Source: an uncultured Thermoplasmatales archaeon (GTDB taxonomy: Archaea; Thermoplasmatota; E2; UBA202; DSCA01). From it: 60,423 bases of DNA. This document shows positions 17,429-26,400 of this stretch, one piece after another. Within the stretch, counting starts at the first letter, position 1; every line of letters starts with the position of its first letter. The translations under genes were made by a program, and so were the position numbers. The DNA is taken from the NCBI GenBank assembly GCA_964514975.1, contig CAZESS010000013.1, forward strand, positions 1 to 60,423, given 5' to 3'. The notes beneath the pieces were generated by a model. That model made no database searches. It was not told where the DNA came from and was given only the letters and a program-made list of their open reading frames with translations.

Positions 17429-18247
17429 ATGCGCTCCCTCGTTTTCCTCGGCCTCCTTGTAGCGCTGCTCCTCATCCCGGTCGCCGAGGTCACCATGCAT
17501 GTGGCACGGCAGCCCGCCGTATCTCTTACGTTTTCCGCCGACAGCGACGGCCGACAGGAGACATGGCTCAGCGGCCGCCGGGTCCTCTGGCAGCAGCCCG
17601 CCTTGCCGCCGCCACCGGGTGGCTACCCGGCCGTCATCCTGCTGCATGGCGCATCGCAGCGCGCCGACACCTGGTTTCACGGCCGGGACAGATGGAGCAC
17701 GGCGCAGACGTCGTTCACCCACATGGCACTCGAGCAAGGCATCCTCGTCGTCGCCCCCGAATCACGGCGCCCGCTGTTCTGGGGGCCACGGGGCTGGGAT
17801 GCCTTCGCCGCCACCCTGAACACCTCGGACGACCTGCCATTCATCCGGGACATCATCAGATGGCTCGACACGCTGCCGGTCAACACGAGTAGGCTCTCCT
17901 GCACCGGCTTCTCATCCGGCGCGTTCATGACCAGCCGCATCGCACGGGTGTTCCCCGACCGCTTCGCTGCCGTCGCCATCCATTCCGGAGCAGACGCCAC
18001 CGCCATCCATCTGGCATGGCGCGGCCCCGAGCTGGACTGCACCATGCCACTCGGGTTTCCCCCGGGCTATCCGCCAACCATGGTCGTCCACGGCCGCCAC
18101 GACCGGGTGGTACCCGCAACATGTGGCATCCATCTCTACGCCGAGCTCCGGCGCCACGACATCCCGTCAGCACTGCTGCTCACCGACGACGGCCACATCT
18201 GGCAGGCCGCATACAACGCGGAGATACTCAGCTGGCTTACCGCATGA
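17429..18247 (+). CDS. Secreted alpha/beta hydrolase (PHB depolymerase/LpqC-like esterase)
   Basis: Signal anchor, LLHG, GFSSG nucleophile, HGRHDRVVP, GHIW. Confidence 0.8.
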   Translation: MRSLVFLGLLVALLLIPVAEVTMHVARQPAVSLTFSADSDGRQETWLSGRRVLWQQPALPPPPGGYPAVILLHGASQRADTWFHGRDRWSTAQTSFTHMALEQGILVVAPESRRPLFWGPRGWDAFAATLNTSDDLPFIRDIIRWLDTLPVNTSRLSCTGFSSGAFMTSRIARVFPDRFAAVAIHSGADATAIHLAWRGPELDCTMPLGFPPGYPPTMVVHGRHDRVVPATCGIHLYAELRRHDIPSALLLTDDGHIWQAAYNAEILSWLTA

Positions 18248-18926
18248 ACATTCGCTGCAGCCCGGGCCGGAAGAGCATGGGTCCATCGCAGTCCACGTGG
18301 AGCTCCATGTCCATCCGTATCAGCGGCGTAACCAGCAGCCCGCGCACAATGTCACCAAGGCCCCATATCTCCCTGCGCCCCAGAATGGCCACGTAGTCGC
18401 CGCCGATCTCGGCGGGATCCCAGTAGACCACGTAATACTCGCCCGGGGTATCGACGACTTCGTCGTACACGGAGCTGTTGTAATACCATTTCCCGCCGAA
18501 CGGCTCATAAAACATGCCGCGCTCTCCCTCCGGCACAGGATTCAGAGTCACCACCGCCCCGTAGCCATCGGGCAGCTCAAACGGAACATCATACCCGGGA
18601 GCGGGCAGCCCCGGGCCAACCAGGGCGAACCAGGGAGCAAAATCCCGGTACTGCTCACAGACCGGGACGATACCCTCGATATATATCCGTGACGGCTCAT
18701 CGATGGAAAAGCGGTACACGTCGACATCCACACAGGGATTAACCCCGTCGTTCTCAAGCCAGGCATACACCGCGATGGACTGCTCGATGGACTTCCGCAC
18801 CTCAAACGGCTCGTCAGCTGTATAATCCTCGCGCTCCAGATAGGGCACATGCGCCACCGCCAGCAATCCCGACGACAAAAACAGCAGCGCTACCGCCAGC
18901 GCCGTCACCCGATGCATCGCTTTCAT
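18237..18926 (-). CDS. Secreted hypothetical protein
   Basis: Signal peptide; DVDVYRF, FYEPFGG, GEYYVV beta-rich motifs. Confidence 0.7.
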   Translation of the reverse strand: MKAMHRVTALAVALLFLSSGLLAVAHVPYLEREDYTADEPFEVRKSIEQSIAVYAWLENDGVNPCVDVDVYRFSIDEPSRIYIEGIVPVCEQYRDFAPWFALVGPGLPAPGYDVPFELPDGYGAVVTLNPVPEGERGMFYEPFGGKWYYNSSVYDEVVDTPGEYYVVYWDPAEIGGDYVAILGRREIWGLGDIVRGLLVTPLIRMDMELHVDCDGPMLFRPGLQRMFMR

Positions 18927-19146
18927 ACACTAACAACCCGACACTGCTTATAAGCATATCTTTCACGGCGAGCCCCGGTGTCTCCCATGGCTATCACGCA
19001 TTTCCTTCCGGCAGCAGCCAAACCAGCAGACCTCGTCCCATATCTTGAACGGCGTCCACATTTTTCCATCTCCACACAGAACAACGCCATGCCACAACAA
19101 AAAACACACCGTCACCGTTTTATCAATCCCCCTGCTTTACCAGGCA

Positions 19147-19788
19147 ATGCTCGCGCATGCAGTCCGGGCGCTCACCGCCGGGATGGACACCCTGCAGGGC
19201 ACCATCTCCGCCACCGCCGCCCCCGGCCGCTTTCCAGAAGAACAGCGGCTGACCGTGTACCTGACAGCGGACAACGCCGCAGCGCGCCTGCTCACCGTCA
19301 CCGTCTACCATGGATGGAAATGGTACGCCCCCTGGGCGGAGCTCACCGCAATCAACGGCACCATCAGCCTCGGCACCCAGCACCTTACCTACCACGGCTC
19401 CCCTATAGAAACCCGGCTCATCTCCCTGTTCGCGGACGCCATCAGACCACCCGCCCACATCTTCATATCATACCAGACCGACCACGAGACAGCCCGGGCG
19501 CTCGCCCACGATGTTCCCGCACCGGCCACCCGGCTGGGATACATGCTGTTCACCCGGGGCTTCACCTGGTACAAGGACTGGTACCACCCCGAAGGATGGA
19601 TGGAGGGCGACCAAAAACTCCAGGCCGAAAAACCCCTCGACATACAGCACCGGCAGCGCCACCACAAGGCAATCAAACGGGACATAACCGCGTATCTCAC
19701 AACGGACACCACAAACACCGACATCACCAGGACGGCACGGCAGCGCGCCCACCACATCCTCGAGCACCTCCGGAGGCACACCAGGTGA
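19147..19788 (+). CDS. DUF1122 family protein
   Basis: PATRLGY, GFTWYKDWYHPEGWMEGDQKLQAEKP. Confidence 0.8.
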   Translation: MLAHAVRALTAGMDTLQGTISATAAPGRFPEEQRLTVYLTADNAAARLLTVTVYHGWKWYAPWAELTAINGTISLGTQHLTYHGSPIETRLISLFADAIRPPAHIFISYQTDHETARALAHDVPAPATRLGYMLFTRGFTWYKDWYHPEGWMEGDQKLQAEKPLDIQHRQRHHKAIKRDITAYLTTDTTNTDITRTARQRAHHILEHLRRHTR

Positions 19789-19828
19789 GACAATTATTTA
19801 AACAGCGCCGCCATATTGCCATGGCGCT

Positions 19829-19900
19829 GCGGGCGTGATCTAGCGGTTAGGATTTGAGCCTTCCAAGCTCACAGCCCGGGTTCGAATCCCGGCGCCCGCA
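19829..19900 (+). tRNA. tRNA-Gly(UCC)
   Basis: GCGGGCG/CGCCCGC stem, TGAGC-CT TCC AA-GCTCA arm, CCGGG-TTCGAAT-CCCGG arm. Confidence 0.97.
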
Positions 19901-19901
19901 T
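19885..19901 (+). repeat. attL-like direct repeat (tRNA-Gly 3' end)
   Basis: AATCCCGGCGCCCGCAT, identical to 29660-29676. Confidence 0.9.
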
Positions 19902-19902
19902 C

Positions 19903-19918
19903 TTTTTACTAGTAAAAA
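19903..19918. repeat. Palindrome TTTTTACTAGTAAAAA inside the left end
   Basis: Perfect 16-bp palindrome; its 12-bp core recurs at 29638-29649. Confidence 0.85.
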
Positions 19919-20010
19919 AATGCAGGGGACGAGCCTCAGACTCCAAGTTCAAATTACTTAATTATGTTCCTGTATGTAAAAGGGTAAGAGTGTACAAGTT
20001 AAAAAAAATT

Positions 20011-20874
20011 CTATCTCACAGGTTTTACAAAAACTTGTTTAGCATTTTTTAATAATAGTGATATAATAAAGAGAAATGCTAATGAAATAACAATAGTTGC
20101 ACCAGGCGGTAGATTAAAATTAAGAGACATCAATGAACCATAAAAAGTAACAACGCAACCAATAATTATTGCAAAAAACATCATATTTTTAAGATTATGC
20201 GTAAAAAGATTAGAAATCGCTGCAGGAATAGTAAGCATAGCAATAACAAGAATAACTCCAACAACCTTTATCAAAACAACGGTGGTAAGCGCAATTAAAA
20301 CCATTAAAACCAAATATAAAAAATCAACTTTTATCCCAGAGATACGAGCAAATTCTTCATCAAAAGTTAGAATAAGTAAATCCTTATATAAAAAAAGTGT
20401 AACAAAAATTATTAAAATCAAAAGTCCTAGCATAAGATAAATATCTTGCATGTTAATTAAAAGTACATTTCCAAACAAAATGCTAACCGGATCCTGAACT
20501 AGTATTTCACTTCTATCAACCTGATTTAAAAATAAGACTCCAAGAGCCATACCAACAACCCATAAAATACCAATTGTTGAATCCTCACGTAGGCGAGTTC
20601 GAATAAAAGGAAAACCCATAATAATTGCAGCAACAAGTGCAAAAATCAAAGCACCAACCAAAGGCTCAATAAACAGTATACCCAAATACTGTAGATAATA
20701 AGCAAATCCGACACCTCCAAAAGTAGTATGAGCAATACCAGCACTAATAAAAACTACACGTTTAACAACAACATACGTACCTATGATTCCACAGGCAATA
20801 CTTGCCAGTAGACCTGCTATTAACATCCTTTGAACAAAAGGATACTGAACCATCTCAATTACATCTGCAGCCAA
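20011..20874 (-). CDS. Zn/Mn-type ABC transporter permease (ZnuB-like)
   Basis: GIAHTTFGG, LFGNVL, TFDEEFARISG, KVVGVILV. Confidence 0.92.
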   Translation of the reverse strand: MAADVIEMVQYPFVQRMLIAGLLASIACGIIGTYVVVKRVVFISAGIAHTTFGGVGFAYYLQYLGILFIEPLVGALIFALVAAIIMGFPFIRTRLREDSTIGILWVVGMALGVLFLNQVDRSEILVQDPVSILFGNVLLINMQDIYLMLGLLILIIFVTLFLYKDLLILTFDEEFARISGIKVDFLYLVLMVLIALTTVVLIKVVGVILVIAMLTIPAAISNLFTHNLKNMMFFAIIIGCVVTFYGSLMSLNFNLPPGATIVISLAFLFIISLLLKNAKQVFVKPVR

Positions 20875-20892
20875 TTATTTTACACCCTTTTT

Positions 20893-21666
20893 TCATTTTT
20901 TATGTTCATCAAGAACCCTATGAGGCACACCATGAGCAATCAAATCAACAGGACAACTATATGTTTTTTCAAGCATTTCTCTGCTTATCATTTTTTCATC
21001 ATCATGAGTAAACATAAATCTATTAAGACAAGCAACACGAGTAACATACGATGAAATTACACCGATATCATGTGTAACAAGAAGAATGGTGACATTTTCA
21101 TTCAATTCTTTTAAAAGATTATAAAAATTAATCTTTAGATCTTTATCAATACTTGCTGTTGGTTCATCAAGAAGAAGAATTTTAGGGTTTGAAACAAGAG
21201 CACGGGCAATAAAAACCCTTTGTATTTGCCCGCCAGAAAGTTCACTAATATGTCGTTTCTTATATTCTAACATGCTTACTTTCTTTAATGCCTCAGCTGT
21301 TGCTTTTTTATCATCGGGTGAATATAAGGGATGAACCCCTCGGATACTTCTACGACCCATTAAAACAATATCCCACACAAATATTGGATACTGTTTGTCA
21401 TATTCAAAATACTGGGGAACATAACCAATATTTTTCCGACCAATTTTAGGTGGTTTACCATATACTTTAATAGATCCTTTAAATGGATTTAACAAACCCA
21501 ATATTATTTTTAAAAGAGTGGATTTTCCTCCACCGTTAGGACCAATTATTCCAAAGAAATCACCATCATAAATATTACAATTAATATTTTCAATTACAAT
21601 GTCATTGTCATATCCAGCAGAGATATTTTTTAACTCAATTGCTATTTCTTCCTTCACTGAAAACAT
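20893..21666 (-). CDS. Zn/Mn-type ABC transporter ATPase (ZnuC-like)
   Basis: GPNGGGKST, LSGGQ, LLLDEP, VTHD, C-terminal AHGVPHRVL. Confidence 0.93.
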   Translation of the reverse strand: MFSVKEEIAIELKNISAGYDNDIVIENINCNIYDGDFFGIIGPNGGGKSTLLKIILGLLNPFKGSIKVYGKPPKIGRKNIGYVPQYFEYDKQYPIFVWDIVLMGRRSIRGVHPLYSPDDKKATAEALKKVSMLEYKKRHISELSGGQIQRVFIARALVSNPKILLLDEPTASIDKDLKINFYNLLKELNENVTILLVTHDIGVISSYVTRVACLNRFMFTHDDEKMISREMLEKTYSCPVDLIAHGVPHRVLDEHKK

Positions 21667-21713
21667 ACTCCTTATTTTTCTATACCAGAATAGATTATAA
21701 TTACTTATTGTAT

Positions 21714-22634
21714 TTACCTGTTTTCAAATCCAGTGACCATATCTTCAGCAAGTTTTGTAACTGTTTCCTCATAATTTGACATTAAAGGATTTGCAAAAAC
21801 AACATTTCCACCGATTTCATCGGCAATTGTTTCAGCACTTGATGTATCAAATTGAGGTGCAACAAAAATAACGGTAATATTTTCCTCTCTGGCTTGAGAA
21901 ATTATCGCATCAATTCCTGCTGGACCTGGTTGTTTTCCTCCATCTTCAATTGCAATCATTTTTAGACTATATTCATCACCAAAATAACCCCATGCTGGAT
22001 GATACACCATAAACGATTTACCTTCATATGGTTCTAAAAGAGTACTAACATTAGTATTTAGATTATCAAGTTTAGAAATGTATGCTTGATAGTTTGTGTA
22101 ATATTCCTCTTGATGATCAGGATCTATTTCAACAAGGCCATTATATACTACTTCAGCCATTTTTTTGAAATTCACAGGTGAAGTCCATATATGTGGATCA
22201 GTTCCCCCATGATCATGGTCATCCTCTTCTTCGTGATGACCCTCGTTTCCATAATGTTCATCAAAAGAAATTACTGAAATGTCTTCTGAACAGTCAAACA
22301 CCTGTAAATCTGAATTTTGCTCAAGAATCGTCTTCATATGAACCACTTCAAACTCAACACCGGAACCAACCTTAAAAAATGCTGTTGCTTCAGCTACCTT
22401 CTTCATTTGCTCAGGAGTTGGCTCGAAAGAATGAGGGCTTTCACCAGGTGGAACCATAATAGTAACATCAATATATTCTCCACCAATAAATTCTACCATT
22501 TCGGCCTGTGGAACAATAGTTACTAATGCACCTATTTTATCATTTGAATCAATATTATAACTTGCAAACAGCACTACACCGATTAATATTACAGCTATAA
22601 CACCGATTATCATTATTATTTGTTTTTTTTCCAT
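21714..22634 (-). CDS. Metal-binding protein (ZnuA/TroA-like) with His/acidic loop
   Basis: PPGESPHSFEP, HHEEEDDHDHGGTDPHIW, YHPAWGYF; N-terminal membrane anchor. Confidence 0.93.
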   Translation of the reverse strand: MEKKQIIMIIGVIAVILIGVVLFASYNIDSNDKIGALVTIVPQAEMVEFIGGEYIDVTIMVPPGESPHSFEPTPEQMKKVAEATAFFKVGSGVEFEVVHMKTILEQNSDLQVFDCSEDISVISFDEHYGNEGHHEEEDDHDHGGTDPHIWTSPVNFKKMAEVVYNGLVEIDPDHQEEYYTNYQAYISKLDNLNTNVSTLLEPYEGKSFMVYHPAWGYFGDEYSLKMIAIEDGGKQPGPAGIDAIISQAREENITVIFVAPQFDTSSAETIADEIGGNVVFANPLMSNYEETVTKLAEDMVTGFENR

Positions 22635-22737
22635 ATTATAACCCCCCATTATCAATCCAAATATTATTATTGTTTAAATAATTTGTTGTTAATTTTTATG
22701 GTTAAATATATAAATATGTTATTAATTATTGTATTTC

Positions 22738-23121
22738 ATGACGATTATAAGTATATCATTAAATGAGAATATGCTCAAAGATATTGAAAAAATAAAAACC
22801 GAATATGGGTACTCTGGTAGATCAGAAATATTTAGAGCGGGCATCAGACTTTTAATCTCAGTAAGTAAAGATATTGAACAATTATTTGGAGAAATAAATT
22901 CCATACTTCTTGTCATCCATCATCATGATTCAGAAAGTGCTGTTTCAGAAATTAAACATGATTTTAAAGATATTACAAAAACACAACTTCATAGCCATTT
23001 TGAAAAAGAACAATGCCTTGAACTATTTGTATTACAAGGTAAAGCAGAGAGAATAAAAGAGATGCATAGGCTTTTTAATACTCATAAAAAAATGGATATT
23101 GTTAAATTAATTGTCCCATAA
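22738..23121 (+). CDS. NikR-like ribbon-helix-helix metalloregulator
   Basis: IISISL...GYSGRSEIFR RHH domain; H-x10-H-x-H-x5-C metal site (KHDFKDITKTQLHSHFEKEQCLE). Confidence 0.88.
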   Translation: MTIISISLNENMLKDIEKIKTEYGYSGRSEIFRAGIRLLISVSKDIEQLFGEINSILLVIHHHDSESAVSEIKHDFKDITKTQLHSHFEKEQCLELFVLQGKAERIKEMHRLFNTHKKMDIVKLIVP

Positions 23122-23439
23122 ATTTGAAAATATACTACTGCAATGCAGGCGGTGTAGTTATCGATAAAATAATCGTCTGGCTTTTCAACCCGTAACTTTC
23201 GTTCTCTTCTCTGTCACCTCCAAAAATCTAACCTTAAATGTGGGTTCAAAACCCTCTCTCAGCAACACCATCCCAAGATTTCAAATAACTCATTAAAACG
23301 TTATTTTTCATGTAAACTTTATATAAAGTGTCATTTTTTATCTTTGATTTTAAATTGTATCTTGCTATTTGATGACAAGTAACACATATTATATACTGAT
23401 TGCTGATATAAGTTTAACTCTGTAGAGAGGCGTAAAAAG

Positions 23440-26400
23440 ATGATATTTAATAGTACTGTTAAGAGAGAAAATTTTCTTAAAATATTATTGCCAATAGCTA
23501 TAGCGACAATCGTAATATCGATTTTTTATGCAGGGGCAGCGTCTGCCCATAATGCCACGAGAACCCCTGACTGGACGATGATGGTATATATGTGTCGAGA
23601 CAACGATCTCGACGATATTGGTTATTACGATGCCATTGAAATAGAAAATTCTCAGGCCTCTAACGTTGATGTTCTTGTGTTAAAGGATTACAATACAACT
23701 TTTCAGGATGATACATATCTTCAACATGTTAACAACGGGAATTCTTATGTGTATAACCATAGTGATATTCCATGGTTGGACCATGAGGAAAATATGGGTG
23801 ATGGGGACACCCTCTATGATTTTGTGAATTGGTCTGTGGGTAATTTTCCCTCAGACCGTTATTTTTTGGTATTATGGGATCATGGAAGCGGTGTGTGGGG
23901 GTGCTGCAACGACGATAACAGCGGCGGTGAGAAGCTGCGTATGGAAGAGATTAGAGGTGCATTGAGCACCTCCATGCAGCAGCAGGGTATTGGAAAAATT
24001 GATATTATTCATTTTGACGCTTGTTTAATGGGAAACACTGAGGTATGTTTTGAAGTTCAGGAATTTGGGGATTATATTATTGGCTCCGAGAAAGTTTCAT
24101 GGGGAAAAGATGGGTATGGTACTCATTTTAATTTTAAAAAAATTATAAATGAAATGAATACCACCAGCAACGCAGAGTACATGGCCAAATGGGCGATGAA
24201 CCAAGCGATGAACAGCTCGGAGAATAACCATGGAGGAAGATCTCACACGTGGTCAGTAATAGATATAGACGAAATGACCACTCTAAATGAGAGTATCAAC
24301 TCATTTGCTGAAGAACTGATGGATAATTTTTATGACTATGCCGAAGAAATTTACACAGCTAGAAATAAAACAGAAGACTATCAACCCAACGTGAATAATA
24401 TATATGTAGATTTATATGACTTTGCGTATAACATATTTAACGACAGTTCTCTACCAACGCTTCTCAGAACAAGGGCATGGAGAGTCATAGACGCCATAGA
24501 CGGAAGTGATGGTGATGGAATAGTTGTACTGGAAAGACACCATACAGGCAATAACGACATACCAGTTGACAACGCTCATGGAATTACCATTTATTTTCCA
24601 CCTAACAAAATGTTCGAGTCTATAGCAAGTTACAATGATGCCTCTTTGGGTGTACAGAATTTTACGAATAACTCTCGGTGGGATGAATGGCTGTCCATGT
24701 TCTTTAACACCTTTTTTGTTGATGACAATTTCAATTCATCCACACCGGGATGGGGAATAGATCATTTTGATAACATACAGGATGCCCTCGGTGATGCAGG
24801 TACGGGGGATACAATACGCATATTCTCTGGGATATATCATGAACCTCCCGGCCTCACCATCGATAAAAGTGTTAAATTGGTGGGGGATGGTCCTCTTTCT
24901 ACCAAAATCAGTGATACACCTATAACGATTATGGTAGACAACGTGAGCATCTCTTCCTGCCGGATAAACAACACCGGTGGATCATACGTTATTTCCGTAG
25001 ATGCAGAAAATGTAACGATTTCAAATTGTTATTTACTTGATAATAACGGTTCCTGTTTAATAGGCGTTGACGCTGACAACCTCGTTGTGCAAAACTGTGC
25101 GATATCGCAAGCACCTAGTTATGGCATAGAACTCACTGATTCAGATTACGTCCAGATTCTTGATAATCATATCAACTATAATAGAGACGGCATTTATCTC
25201 GATAGCTCACATCATGCCCAGATATATGCAAAAAATTATTCCTCATATGTCCACGATAACAGTCGGTTCGGAATCTATATTTGGAGTTCAATTAATACGG
25301 AAATCTATGGTGAAGACCACTCATGTTGCCTCAATGTTCAAGACAATGGGGGCGACGGTATCGTTATCTTAAGTAACTCTTATAATAGCTCTATATCAAA
25401 TTATTGTCGCATCTTTAATAACAATGGAGATGGCATCCATATCCAGAAGTCAAACAATACAACGGTTGTAGATTGTGATATCGGTGTTACAACGTATAAC
25501 GGGGGCTATGGTATTTATGCTGATTCGAATTCGTTAAACACGGATGCACGTTTTAATTACTGGGGAGATGCAAGCGGTCCTGGTGCGATGAGCCCGGGGA
25601 GTGGTGGACCTGGATCTGGGGACGAAATAACCTCTAACGTTAACTATTCACCTTGGCTTGGATATCCTGCTGGTACTCTTCCTCAGGCATTCTATGTTGA
25701 TAGTACCGGAAAAATTCAGGATGCTATTGACCATGCGACCTCTGGTGATTCTGTGTTAGTATTTCCCGGCACCTATGTGGAAAACGTGCTGGTGTGGAAA
25801 TCTCACCTGACCATCTCTGGTTATTATGAAAATGACTATCCGATTATTAGCGGGCGGACCCGCGGAAATACTGTAGAGATAAAAAGACCAGCGCATTATA
25901 CAACGATTGAGCGTTTTAATATATCGGTATCGAGCAGAGGTAACGGCGTTTATATATACCGGTCATCATATGCGACAGTCTCCCAATGTAACGTTCACTC
26001 AACTGGCGGAAGCGGTATAAATTTCAGTTGCGGGTGCTCGCACAACGGCTTAGTTACAGAATGTCAGGTCAATCTTCATGATTTAGGGAAAGATGGAATT
26101 GTTCTCGGTTATTCTGAAGATGGTGGCAGATATTATTGTGGGGCGAATAATATTACGATAACCGATTGTCACATATCTAACTGTGTTGACAAGGGAATCA
26201 GTATTAAAAAATACTGCCGGGATAATACAATAGCAGACTGTGGTATATTCGATAACGGAATGAATGGCGTATTTAATAAGGGCAATAACACGGATATCCT
26301 GAATTGCAATATTTACGATAATGGTATGGGTAACGATGGTGCAGGGATTTTCTGTCATCCTAATTCATCTGCAGATTGGGAAATTGACGATACAACGAGC

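Noticed and set aside
23140-23290. Short minus-strand ORF fragment with a GGAGGTGA motif inside the island
   Set aside because: Under 30 codons with no recognisable similarity
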